Source: Candidatus Sulfomarinibacteraceae bacterium
Lineage (GTDB): Bacteria; Acidobacteriota; Thermoanaerobaculia; Thermoanaerobaculales; Sulfomarinibacteraceae
Length of the DNA stretch: 64,000 nt
Reading direction: 5' to 3'
Assembly (NCBI GenBank): GCA_963796455.1
Contig: CAWCLO010000001.1
Location: 1,056,001 to 1,120,000, forward strand
In this document: positions 1-9,533 of the stretch, one piece after another
How positions within the stretch are numbered: the first letter of the stretch is position 1
Layout: every line of letters starts with the position of its first letter
Translations under genes and position numbers: made by a program
Notes under the pieces: model-generated
Databases searched by the model: none
What the model was told of the DNA's origin: nothing
Seen by the model: the letters and a program-made list of their open reading frames with translations, nothing else

Positions 1-39
1 GTTTGTCGTCCCGAGGTCGATGCCGATGATCTTGCTCAC
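1..39 (-). CDS. dnaK: Chaperone DnaK, 5' end only (runs off window)
   Basis: Reverse strand reads GTG-SKIIGIDLGTTN, the Hsp70 N-terminal motif; the start overlaps the grpE stop (GTGA). Confidence 0.95.
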   Translation of the reverse strand, partial: MSKIIGIDLGTTN

Positions 40-674
40 GAAGCTTCTCCCTCGCCGCCCCCGCCACTCTCAGGTTCAACCGCGACCCCGACCATTGCCG
101 GCCGGATCAATCGGTCCCCAAGTCTGTAGCCTTTGAGCATCACCCACGCCACGGTTCCCGGTTCGTGCTCACTATTCTCCACCCGTTGCACAGCCTCGTG
201 AACCTCCGGATCGAAAGGCAGTCCGACCGGATTGATCTCGGCCACGCCGCGCCGATCGAGCAGATCCGCCAGCTGTTTCGAGATCATCTCGACGCCCTCG
301 CGGAAGGCCCCGCTGTCGTCACCGGAATGCTGCAGAGCCCGGTCGAAATTGTCGATGACCGGCAAGAGTTCGGCGATGAACTCTTCCGCCCCGGCCCGAC
401 GATGCTCGTCGCGCTCCCGCTCGACCCGCTTGCGAAAATTGTCGAACTCGGCCAACTTGCGAAGATAAACGTCACGCACGTGTTCGACTTCGGCCCTGAG
501 TTGCTCGACCTCGGACAAGGGGGGTTCAGCGACGACCTGAACCTCAGCTGTCTCCTCGGGAGACGCCTTCGTCTCGCCTTCAACAACCTCTTCGTCCCCT
601 GCGTCGATGAACTCGATTTCCACCTCGTCGGCGAAGTTGTCAGCGTCGATTGGAAAGTCTTTTTCGTCAGGCAT
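36..674 (-). CDS. grpE: Nucleotide exchange factor GrpE
   Basis: Motifs AEFDNFRKR, LLPVIDNFDRAL, FDPEVHEAV, KGYRLGDRLIRPAMV; lies between hrcA and dnaK. Confidence 0.97.
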   Translation of the reverse strand: MPDEKDFPIDADNFADEVEIEFIDAGDEEVVEGETKASPEETAEVQVVAEPPLSEVEQLRAEVEHVRDVYLRKLAEFDNFRKRVERERDEHRRAGAEEFIAELLPVIDNFDRALQHSGDDSGAFREGVEMISKQLADLLDRRGVAEINPVGLPFDPEVHEAVQRVENSEHEPGTVAWVMLKGYRLGDRLIRPAMVGVAVEPESGGGGEGEAS

Positions 675-1716
675 GGTTCGCTCCGGGCGTTTCCAACATC
701 TGCGTCAACGTGTCCCCTATGTACTCCACCACCGGCACGATTTTCTGATAGTCCAACCTACGCGGTCCGACCACGCCAATAGCACCTGCCCGGCGGTTGT
801 CTCGATAAAACAAGGTGGCGACGATTCCGAGACCACCCGATGCGGTCGCCTCCGACTCTTCCCCGATCAGTACCTGGGTTCGTCCGCCGGCAAAAACCCG
901 CCGCAGTTCGCCTGCGATGCGATTGTGGTCCTGCAACGAGGCCAGCAGCGAGCGGACGCGATCGATTTCTGAAAAGGCGGCTGTTCCGAGGAGGTTCCCA
1001 GTGCCGGCGACCCGCACTTCGACCTCGAGTTCTTCACTCGTGAAGACTTGCCGCGCTACACCACGAGCCTCTTCGCGCAGCCTCTCAGACTCCGGCGCCT
1101 GACGCCGGGTCACCAAGCTCTCGTGATCGGCTGATACATCCTCGATCCGGAGGCCAGCGAGATTCCTGGTCAGAAAATTCGCAATCGTCTGCAATTCTTC
1201 CCGGCTCCGATTTCGATCTATTTCGAAGACCCGTTTTTCGACGGTTCCATCGTCGGTCACGATCACACAAAGCACCCGGCGGCCGCCAAGCAAAACCAAT
1301 GAAACGGCCTCTAAGATGGGCCCCTCATCGACAGGCCGCACGGCCACACCGGCTTCCCTGGTTGCATCGGCCACCAATTCCGCAACCCAATCGATGTCTT
1401 CCTCGAGTTCCCGCCGCATGAATTCCATCCGACCGGCAAGTTGCCGGCGCACAATCGGAGGCGGTGGCGTCGAGCGTGGCAGATTGTCGACGTACAAACG
1501 AAAGGCGCGATCCGACGGAACACTCCCCGCAGAGGCGTGAGGGCGATGAAGAAAGCCACCATCCTCCAGATCCGCCATCACGCCGCGAATGGTCGCAGAA
1601 GACAGACCGAGACCGGAATGGCGTGCCACACGTTTCGAGGCAATCGGCTCCCCAGAGCGGATATACAGCTCGACAACGGCACAGAGAACGGAAAACGCTC
1701 TCCTGCTCAAATCCAT
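667..1716 (-). CDS. hrcA: Heat-inducible transcription repressor HrcA
   Basis: N-terminal YIRSGEPIAS..LSSATIR..MADLE..G.L..PHASAGSVPSD and C-terminal GAIGVVGPRRLDY. Start set at ATG 1716 after GGAG; the ORF track extends to 1743. Confidence 0.95.
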   Translation of the reverse strand: MDLSRRAFSVLCAVVELYIRSGEPIASKRVARHSGLGLSSATIRGVMADLEDGGFLHRPHASAGSVPSDRAFRLYVDNLPRSTPPPPIVRRQLAGRMEFMRRELEEDIDWVAELVADATREAGVAVRPVDEGPILEAVSLVLLGGRRVLCVIVTDDGTVEKRVFEIDRNRSREELQTIANFLTRNLAGLRIEDVSADHESLVTRRQAPESERLREEARGVARQVFTSEELEVEVRVAGTGNLLGTAAFSEIDRVRSLLASLQDHNRIAGELRRVFAGGRTQVLIGEESEATASGGLGIVATLFYRDNRRAGAIGVVGPRRLDYQKIVPVVEYIGDTLTQMLETPGANHA

Positions 1717-1963
1717 CAAAAACTCCCGGTCATGCTTCAACAAACCGACCTCCAGACTGCAAACAAAAGGCCTGCAATCTTCACTCGGGAAAGTCCGAGG
1801 CCAGCATCCATAATTGTAACATCGACGCGAATCCCATGGCGTCGTTCTTTCGCCGGCTTCGAATGGCGCGAAATCGTCGTAGAGACCGCAACCAATTGCA
1901 GATATTGACCGTTGTGGGCCACTGTGTTAGCTTGGAATTTGCGAACAAGGTCGCAATTCTGCC

Positions 1964-3451
1964 ATGGTTTTTTTCAATTGGGCGACGATGCAGATGGCTG
2001 CCAAGATCGTTTATTACGGTCCTGGTCTGTGTGGAAAAACGTCCAATCTCAGCTACATTTATGCCAAGACCTCACCCAATTCACGCGGCGAAATGGTCTC
2101 CCTCGAGACCGAGTCCGACCGAACCCTGTTTTTTGATCTTCTGCCGATCGAGGTCGGAACGATCGGCGGCTTCAAGACCCGACTTCAGCTCTATACCGTG
2201 CCCGGTCAGGTCTTCTACAACACAACCCGAAAACTGGTTCTCAAGGGCGTCGATGGTCTGGTCTTTGTCGCTGATTCCCAGCGTCCGATGCGCGACGCGA
2301 ATCTCGAGAGCTTTTCAACGCTGATCGAAAATCTGGAGGAGTTCGGCCTCGAGATGTCCGATCTTCCGATTGTCCTGCAATACAACAAACGAGACCTCAA
2401 AAACGTCCTTTCGATCGATGAACTCAATGCGGACCTCAACCCGGACGGCGATTTTCCTTATTTCGAAGCCTCGGCCGTAAACGGTGAAGGGGTCATCACG
2501 ACCCTCAAGGAAATCACCAAGATCACCCTCAAGAAACTTCGTGCTCGAATGTCGGCTCCGGAACCTTCGAAAAAGAAGGGCAAGATCGGAGGACCGACAG
2601 TTCGACCGGTCAAACCACCGCAGCCGGCACCATCCATCTCGGCGGCATCCCTCGCCCGTGCGGCGGAAGAAGGAGCCGGGGATCGGCAACTGGTCGAAAC
2701 TCCCGAGATCGAAGTCGAGATGCCGCCCCCGGAACCACCACCACCGCCACCACAGCCCCAGGTGATGGCCGAAGGCTCGGCCGCTGCGGAAATCCTCGTC
2801 GACTCTCCGCCTCAGGCAACCCCTGCCGCAGTGGCGCAGACGATCGAAGAACCGGCCGCACCCGAGTTTTTCGAGCCACCACCACCACCCAGGGAAGAAC
2901 CGATGCCGGTGGTGCCGGGCGTGACCGACCTCCCCACTTTCGAGAGCTCGGGACCAGATTTTGGCGAAATGGTCGCCGACCTCGGATCGAGTGATGAATC
3001 CGCCGTCGGCGTCGATGAGGTTGACGCCGCATCCGAGGTCGAGATCGAATTCGACGACAGCGACACACCGAAAGAAGAGCCTCCCCCGGTCAAGCGAGTT
3101 CACGTCACCGATCCGATGGATATCCTGGCTGAACTCGACGGACTCCGGAAACAGGCGACCATGCAGAACGGCAATCTTCGGGCCGCAACTTCCGCATCGG
3201 ATCTCGATATTGATTCGTTGATGGCCGCGAGTAAGCCCGAACAGACCCGCGAGCTCAGCAGGTCGATCGAAAAGGCTCTCAATTCGGACATATTCAAGAA
3301 CATGCGCGGTATGCAGCTGGCGATCCGCATCCAGAACGAAAGTGGAGAAACGATCCACACATTCGACCCTGTGTCCCTCGACGTCGAGGACGCCCGGTCA
3401 CTCAAGCAGCTGCGGCTCCGCTTTGCACTGGATCTGGAGAATATCCGTTGA
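1964..3451 (+). CDS. MglA-family small GTPase with long Pro/acidic C-terminal extension
   Basis: KIVYYGPGLCGKT, DRTLFFD, YTVPGQ and NKRD motifs in the first ~195 aa, then a low-complexity linker and an unknown C-terminal domain. Confidence 0.88.
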   Translation: MVFFNWATMQMAAKIVYYGPGLCGKTSNLSYIYAKTSPNSRGEMVSLETESDRTLFFDLLPIEVGTIGGFKTRLQLYTVPGQVFYNTTRKLVLKGVDGLVFVADSQRPMRDANLESFSTLIENLEEFGLEMSDLPIVLQYNKRDLKNVLSIDELNADLNPDGDFPYFEASAVNGEGVITTLKEITKITLKKLRARMSAPEPSKKKGKIGGPTVRPVKPPQPAPSISAASLARAAEEGAGDRQLVETPEIEVEMPPPEPPPPPPQPQVMAEGSAAAEILVDSPPQATPAAVAQTIEEPAAPEFFEPPPPPREEPMPVVPGVTDLPTFESSGPDFGEMVADLGSSDESAVGVDEVDAASEVEIEFDDSDTPKEEPPPVKRVHVTDPMDILAELDGLRKQATMQNGNLRAATSASDLDIDSLMAASKPEQTRELSRSIEKALNSDIFKNMRGMQLAIRIQNESGETIHTFDPVSLDVEDARSLKQLRLRFALDLENIR

Positions 3452-5451
3452 GCCCGACAAAAAAAGGTTCGATCGGCCGGCTACTGATTGCAGTGGCACC
3501 GGCCCTACTGATGGTTGCCTGTGCGACGTCCCCACCCGCATCGAATAAAAGTCAGATCGATGAGAAACTCCGGGCCAGGGCTCACACCGAATGGGAAGAA
3601 AGCACCCGAAACCGAGCCGACGCGCTGATGGCCCAGGCCCAGAATTTACAATCCGACGGTCTCTTCGCCGAGGCACTGGCCAGGACGGACGAGGCAATCT
3701 GTGAAGTTGTCGCCGTCCCGGCGGGTTATGAACCGCAAACGGCGTACATCGAGTATCTCGCGGAATTGATCGACGAGGCGAATGAACTCGAGACCTCGAT
3801 GCTTTCTTTCGAAGAAGGATTCGAGGAAAACCAGGAATTGGTGAGCCTCCCACCCCTCGACCTCTTCGTCGACGAGGACATCGGTGTCGTGGAAATCGAA
3901 GAGATCGAGGAGAGTCTCCTTCCCGAGAGCGACTTTCCGCTGGTTCTCAATCCGACGGTTGAAAAGTTTCTCGAAGCCATGAGCTCTCCAGGGGAATACC
4001 GGAATCGGATCGCAATCGGGCTCGGTCGCGCCGGAAGCTACCTTCCGATGATCCGGGAAAAGATGGAGGCTGCAGACCTGCCGGTGGACCTCAGCTATCT
4101 GCCGTTGATCGAATCCGCCTACTCCAATCGAGCCTATTCACGTGCCCGAGCTGTCGGAATGTGGCAGTTCATCGCCTCGACCGGTCGACACTACGATCTC
4201 GACGTCGGGTCCCTGGTTGATGATCGACGGGACCCCGTCCTGGCAACGGATGCGGCCATCGCATATCTGGACGATCTTTATGGCCAGTTTGGCGATTGGT
4301 ATCTCGCTTTGGCGGCTTACAACTCCGGATCCGGCAACGTACGGCGCGCCATCCGTCGATCCGGGAGCAAAGATTTCTGGGTTCTGCTCCGCTATCTGCC
4401 GCGGGAAACCCGCAATTACGTGCCGGCTTTCATCGCCTCGGTCATCGTCGCCCACGACCCCGAGAAATACGGTTTCGAAGCACCCCGTGATGAGCCCTGG
4501 CAATTCGATTCGATCGAGGTACCCGATGCCCTCGACCTCCAGGTTCTCGCCTCGGGAACGGGCATTCCGATCGACGATCTTCGCGAGCTCAACCCGGCAA
4601 TTCGCCGAGACCTCACCCCGGCCAGTGGGACGACAATGGTCCGTCTGCCTTCCGGCACCAGGGCCAAGGCAGAAGAAGTGCTCGCATCGACCCCACGCGA
4701 AGAGTGGGCGCCGAGAATGCTCCACACCGTGCGGTCGGGCGAAAGTCTCTATTCAATCGCCCGAAAGTACGGCTCGAGTGTCAGCGCCATCCGCCAGGCC
4801 AACGGTCTTCGGGGGAGCCTGATTCGACCGGGACAGAGCCTTGTCGTTCCGCGCTTCGGTTCCTCGGCATCGGCATCGGCCGGAGTGACTCGGCGCGCCG
4901 AGGCCGACGGCGCCTATGTGGTTCAGCGCAACGACACCCTGTCGGATATCGCGAGCGGATTCTCGATCTCGATCACCAGCCTCTGCAATGCCAATGGCCT
5001 CGATCGCCGCGACATCATCCGTCCGGGCCAACGATTGGTGATTCCCGGGACATCATCGACGCGCTCGTATACACCGGCCACCTCCACAGCTTCGGTATCA
5101 GAATCGGCCTCGGGATCTACTTATACCGTGCGCAAGGGCGACACCCTTTACGATATTGCCAATCGCTTCACGGTTTCAGTGAACTCGATCAAACGCGCCA
5201 ACGGCCTCTCAAGTTCGAGAATCTACCCTGGTAAGGTCCTGCGGATTCCGAATCCCGTGCAGGGCTCCAAAAAACAGCGCTCAACCTCGAACGCCACCAC
5301 CTATCGAGTTCGTAAGGGTGACACGCTCTACGACATCGCGCAGCGTTTCGGTGTTTCGATATCGGCTCTGCGGCAGGCCAACGGCCTTCGGAACTCGCGA
5401 ATCTATCCCGGCGATGTCCTGCAAATCCCGGGCAAGCAGGCAAAAAGCTGA
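3448..5451 (+). CDS. MltD-like lytic transglycosylase lipoprotein with 4 LysM domains
   Basis: Lipobox LLMVAC; SLT motifs LIES, AVGMWQF, AAYNSG, ETRNYV; four YTVRKGDTL-like LysM repeats. Confidence 0.92.
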   Translation: MSPTKKGSIGRLLIAVAPALLMVACATSPPASNKSQIDEKLRARAHTEWEESTRNRADALMAQAQNLQSDGLFAEALARTDEAICEVVAVPAGYEPQTAYIEYLAELIDEANELETSMLSFEEGFEENQELVSLPPLDLFVDEDIGVVEIEEIEESLLPESDFPLVLNPTVEKFLEAMSSPGEYRNRIAIGLGRAGSYLPMIREKMEAADLPVDLSYLPLIESAYSNRAYSRARAVGMWQFIASTGRHYDLDVGSLVDDRRDPVLATDAAIAYLDDLYGQFGDWYLALAAYNSGSGNVRRAIRRSGSKDFWVLLRYLPRETRNYVPAFIASVIVAHDPEKYGFEAPRDEPWQFDSIEVPDALDLQVLASGTGIPIDDLRELNPAIRRDLTPASGTTMVRLPSGTRAKAEEVLASTPREEWAPRMLHTVRSGESLYSIARKYGSSVSAIRQANGLRGSLIRPGQSLVVPRFGSSASASAGVTRRAEADGAYVVQRNDTLSDIASGFSISITSLCNANGLDRRDIIRPGQRLVIPGTSSTRSYTPATSTASVSESASGSTYTVRKGDTLYDIANRFTVSVNSIKRANGLSSSRIYPGKVLRIPNPVQGSKKQRSTSNATTYRVRKGDTLYDIAQRFGVSISALRQANGLRNSRIYPGDVLQIPGKQAKS

Positions 5452-5698
5452 ATTTCCCGCCGCCTGTTCGCCGAATCGCTGCTACAATTCCCTGCCTGCT
5501 CCCATGCGATTTTTCGCTGGCGACACTGGAGATCTCGATGGAGAAACGAGCGGTTTTCTGCAATGACACAAGGCAAGGATTTGCGCGACGTGAGCTTCGT
5601 TACCCTGCCCACAACAATTCGAGAACTGATTCGGCGACCGCAATCATGCGCTGCCTCCGGATCAATACCCTTCTGCAGCGTTCAACTGAGGAGCCCGG

Positions 5699-7813
5699 AT
5701 GACTGAAACCGTCACGATCAGACCAGAATTCAGCGATGCCCTCGAAATCGAAGATTGGGGCAAAATCGAGGAACTCTGGTTGGAGTCCCTGGAAAAAAAA
5801 CCGGTCCCCACCAAGGAACTCTTTGAAGTCCGTCGCCTGATATGGAAGGCGGGTCGCAAGAACCTCGCCAGAACGCTTCTCGAGCTGCTTGCCGATTCAT
5901 TGGAGGGGTCAAAATCCAGCGAAGATTATCTGACCGCGATGCGCGAGTTGACCCGCCTGTCGGACTCGAAACCATCCGGCGAACTCGTTGACCGCCTGGT
6001 GGCCAGCGTACGCAAGGCCCGACGCGACAGCCCGTCGCTCCAGGCGGTGCTCGACCGACACCCGATCGCGGGCGAACGGAAACCGCTCAAGGAGCTCGAT
6101 GCCGTCGAGTGCTGGCTCGATCACGACGTGGGTACGGTGGTCGAAGTCGCCGGTAAGGGTGTTGGTCGAGTTGTCGACCTGAACCTTCAACTCGAAAACA
6201 TCAAGGTCGATGTAGGGACCGGGCGACCCATGTCGATTCCCTTCGGCGCCGTCAGAAAATTTCTCAAACCGCTTCCCGATGGCGACATCCGGCGCCGCAA
6301 AGTCGAAGATCCCGAGGGCCTCACGGAATTTGTCGAGGCACAACCCGGCGAGGCCCTGGTTCAGGTGCTCGAGAGTCTCGGCGAGACCTCGGACGTTGGC
6401 GCCATCAAAGCTGCCCTGATTGGAGTCCTCCCACCCACGCGCTGGAACTCATGGTGGGCCAAGGCTCGAAAGCACCCCCGGGTTCTGAGTTCGGGGTCCG
6501 GTTCGAGACTGCGCTACACGGTCAGCCATAGCGCCGAAGGCGCAGACGAAACCCTGCTCGAGGAACTCCGCATGTCGACCGGCATGGCTCGCCTCAAGAT
6601 TGCTCGCAGACTTGCCGACCGCGGCACCGATATCGCAACACTTACCGGGTCAATTCTCGCGGAGTCGTTACCGGAAGTGGAGGCCACCGACCCCGGCGTA
6701 GCCTGGCAGACAACCGGAGTCCTCGCCGGATTGCCCGGAGGTGAGGAAGCCGCGAACGCATCCCGGAGCCGGTTGTTGAGTGATGCCGAGCCGATCGCTC
6801 TCCTTTCAGGGGTGAGCGACCGGGGCGTCCGTTGGGACGCTCTCGAAGCCATCGCGTCCGCCAAACCCGATACCTGGCCAGAAGTCTGGGCGACTTGGCT
6901 TCTGCATGAAGAAAACCCTCAGCATCTCCGAGCCATTACCACCCGACTTGAAAGCGAAGGCCACACCAACCTCACCGATCGCTCGATGGAACTGGTGTTT
7001 AGAAACCATGCCGAGCACGCGGCGCAGTTCATCTGGGCCTGTGAAATCATGACCGAAGACGATTGCCCTGAATCGGTTCGCCAACGCATGACTCCTTCGG
7101 TCCTGGAAAAAATCCCCGACACGATCACGCGCCGGGATTTCTCGCCCTACCGGAGCCGCGGCAAGGGCCTGCTCGACGGCGGAAAAGTCGCGATCCGCCT
7201 GTTGATGGAATCGGCGTCGGAGTCGCAGGCAAGTCGATTCAATCAGCGAATCGCCCGACTCGACACGGTCGAACCCCATCGTGTGAGGCTCGTCGAACAG
7301 GCCGCACGACATCTGCGGGGCGATGACCAGGGTAGCGACGTGCCGGTACTCGCCGCTACCAAAGAGGCTATCGCAGGCAAGAGGGAAGAACTCAGGACCT
7401 TGCTCGAAGTCGACATTCCAAAGACCCTGAAGGGCATCAACGCGGCTGCGGCCGAAGGTGATCTACGCGAGAACTTCGAGTACCACATGCTTCGCGACCG
7501 GCAGGAGCTGCAATCGGCACGGGCGGCGAAGCTGCAGCAGGAGCTCACAATCGTTCGAGTCCTCGAGCCGGGAGCGGCCGACACCAGCGTGGTCAATATC
7601 GGTACCATCGTGCACTTCGAGAGTGATGGCGATCAGGGCGTTGAACCGATCACCATTCTCGGCGCCTGGGACGCCGACCTCGACCGCCGGATCTATGCAA
7701 ACGGTACCGGTCTGGCGGAAGGGTTGCTCGGCACCTCCATCGGCGACGAAGTCGAGGTCGAGGAGGGAACGGCCACCATCACACGAATCGAGGCATGGCA
7801 GGGCTCGGATTGA
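5699..7813 (+). CDS. Large protein with C-terminal GreA/GreB transcription elongation factor domain
   Basis: C-terminal AAAEGDLRENFEY with both acidic tip residues, VNIGTIV and ITILGAWD; about 550 aa N-terminal extension. Confidence 0.85.
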   Translation: MTETVTIRPEFSDALEIEDWGKIEELWLESLEKKPVPTKELFEVRRLIWKAGRKNLARTLLELLADSLEGSKSSEDYLTAMRELTRLSDSKPSGELVDRLVASVRKARRDSPSLQAVLDRHPIAGERKPLKELDAVECWLDHDVGTVVEVAGKGVGRVVDLNLQLENIKVDVGTGRPMSIPFGAVRKFLKPLPDGDIRRRKVEDPEGLTEFVEAQPGEALVQVLESLGETSDVGAIKAALIGVLPPTRWNSWWAKARKHPRVLSSGSGSRLRYTVSHSAEGADETLLEELRMSTGMARLKIARRLADRGTDIATLTGSILAESLPEVEATDPGVAWQTTGVLAGLPGGEEAANASRSRLLSDAEPIALLSGVSDRGVRWDALEAIASAKPDTWPEVWATWLLHEENPQHLRAITTRLESEGHTNLTDRSMELVFRNHAEHAAQFIWACEIMTEDDCPESVRQRMTPSVLEKIPDTITRRDFSPYRSRGKGLLDGGKVAIRLLMESASESQASRFNQRIARLDTVEPHRVRLVEQAARHLRGDDQGSDVPVLAATKEAIAGKREELRTLLEVDIPKTLKGINAAAAEGDLRENFEYHMLRDRQELQSARAAKLQQELTIVRVLEPGAADTSVVNIGTIVHFESDGDQGVEPITILGAWDADLDRRIYANGTGLAEGLLGTSIGDEVEVEEGTATITRIEAWQGSD

Positions 7814-7830
7814 ATTAGGAATTAGGAATG
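7812..7830 (+). repeat. Heptamer array (GAATTAG)n overlapping the greA-like stop; inverted partner at 8850-8868
   Basis: GAATTAGGAATTAGGAATG is the exact reverse complement of 8850-8868. Confidence 0.8.
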
Positions 7831-7905
7831 CCGCCAAACCAGCGGTAGCGTTCAAGCGGCGCTGGCAACGTTCTGTTCCTCAGACGATCAACTCTTGACT
7901 TGGGG

Positions 7906-8808
7906 TCATTTAACGTCGTCGGGTCGCGTCCGCCACCTCCGGTGCATCCAAACCCATTGTTCCGGATGGGAACGCACCTGCTCCTCGATCATCTCGGTGA
8001 TGTTTTTTGTCAGGAGCTGTACCCGATCTTCCAGCGACCCCTCCTCAGGAATCATGACGGGAGGGTGGATCAAGGCCTTATGGCTCCCGTCAGGAAGACG
8101 ATAGATAAAGCCAGGCACCACTGGGCAGCGCATCCGAATGGCCAGTGTCGCCAGACCGGATGGCGTCCATGCCGGGTGGCCAAAAAAAGGTACAAAAACA
8201 CCGGGAATATCGCGGATGTCCTGATCGATCAACAGCCCGACGACCTGGTTGCGACCGAGCGCCCTCGCCAGCTGTCGTCCCGCCGCCGGTCCGCGGGGCA
8301 CGATTTGGGTTCCGAAGCGGGTGCGCATCGTGGTCACGATCTGATCGAGGCGAGGATCATCGAGTTCGCGGACTGCGGATATCAACGGAACCCCACCTAT
8401 CGGCAGGCGAGCGGAGAGCAGTTCCCAGTTTCCGCAGTGAGCGGTCGCAAACATCGCGCCGCGCCCTCCCTCGAGGGCATGGTCAAAGTGCTCCAACCCT
8501 TCGATCGAGCACAACTCTTCCACCTCTTCCGCCTTGGCGCCCCACAGCCAGGCAACTTCGGCAAACATCGTGCCGAAATGGCGGGCGCAACCTCGCATGA
8601 TGTCGCTCCGGGCCGTGTCATCGAGTTCGGGATAGGCGATTTCGAGATGAGATTGAATGCGCTGCCGATCGCGCGGGATCCAGCGCAACGCGGCAGCGCC
8701 AAAAACCGGACCCAGAAATCGGGTCAGCCTCAAGGGCAACCTGCTTCCGATTCCGAAGAAGATCCTCAAGCCGAGGTAAACAATGTGGTTTCTGAGCCGA
8801 CGAGCCAT
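7906..8808 (-). CDS. Lipid A biosynthesis acyltransferase (LpxL/HtrB family)
   Basis: TAHCGNWE, LLIDQ, VPFFG and HPEQWVWMHRRW motifs. Confidence 0.9.
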   Translation of the reverse strand: MARRLRNHIVYLGLRIFFGIGSRLPLRLTRFLGPVFGAAALRWIPRDRQRIQSHLEIAYPELDDTARSDIMRGCARHFGTMFAEVAWLWGAKAEEVEELCSIEGLEHFDHALEGGRGAMFATAHCGNWELLSARLPIGGVPLISAVRELDDPRLDQIVTTMRTRFGTQIVPRGPAAGRQLARALGRNQVVGLLIDQDIRDIPGVFVPFFGHPAWTPSGLATLAIRMRCPVVPGFIYRLPDGSHKALIHPPVMIPEEGSLEDRVQLLTKNITEMIEEQVRSHPEQWVWMHRRWRTRPDDVK

Positions 8809-8849
8809 GGGTCAGTTTAGCGCGCCACTGGATTGCGGGCGAGGTGCGA

Positions 8850-8897
8850 CATTCCTAATTCCTAATTCTTAAATCTTTATTCTTAATTCTTAATTCT
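8850..8897 (-). repeat. Heptamer array (GAATTAG/GAATTAA on minus strand) at the 3' end of nth
   Basis: CATTCCTAATTCCTAATTC and TTCTTAATTCTTAATTC; the array encodes the last nth codons and its stop. Confidence 0.75.
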
Positions 8898-9533
8898 TTT
8901 CTCGACCCCCACTCGCGGGCAGACCTCGTTCAACACACACCCGTCGCACTTCGGCGACCGGGCTGAGCACACCCGGCGGCCATGCAGAATCAACCTGGTC
9001 GAAAATTGGATCCACTCCTCACGGCGGATGAGCTGTTCGAGATCGGCAGCTATCTTTTCCGGAACATCATTCGACGTCAGTCCCAACCGTTGGGCCAGGC
9101 GCCGGACATGGGTGTCGACCGTGACCCCGGCCGCGATATTGAAGCCGATGCCGAGAACCACCTTGGCGGTCTTGCGCCCGACTCCCGGCAACGCCACCAG
9201 ATGATCCATATCTGCAGGAACGAATCCATCGTGGATTTCTTCGACCATTCGGGCCGCGGTTCGAAGTGATTTCGCTTTCTGGCGAAACATCCCCGTCGAT
9301 CGAATGACCTCCTCGACCTCATCCCTGGGAGCGGAGGCGAGGGCGGCCGGGCTCGGCCAGCGCTGGAAAATGGTCGGCGTCACCTGGTTGACGCGCACAT
9401 CAGTACACTGGGCCGACAGGATCGTGGCGACCAGAAGCTCCCACGGCGATTCGTGGTCAAGCTCGCAATGGGCATCCGGATACTCCCCTGCCAGGAGCTC
9501 CACCACGCGCCCGGCACGATCTCGAGGCTGCAT
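8883..9533 (-). CDS. nth: Endonuclease III
   Basis: LVATILSAQCTD, HhH motif LPGVGRKTA, VDTHV, 4Fe-4S motif C-x6-C-x2-C-x5-C. Confidence 0.96.
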   Translation of the reverse strand: MQPRDRAGRVVELLAGEYPDAHCELDHESPWELLVATILSAQCTDVRVNQVTPTIFQRWPSPAALASAPRDEVEEVIRSTGMFRQKAKSLRTAARMVEEIHDGFVPADMDHLVALPGVGRKTAKVVLGIGFNIAAGVTVDTHVRRLAQRLGLTSNDVPEKIAADLEQLIRREEWIQFSTRLILHGRRVCSARSPKCDGCVLNEVCPRVGVEKRIKN

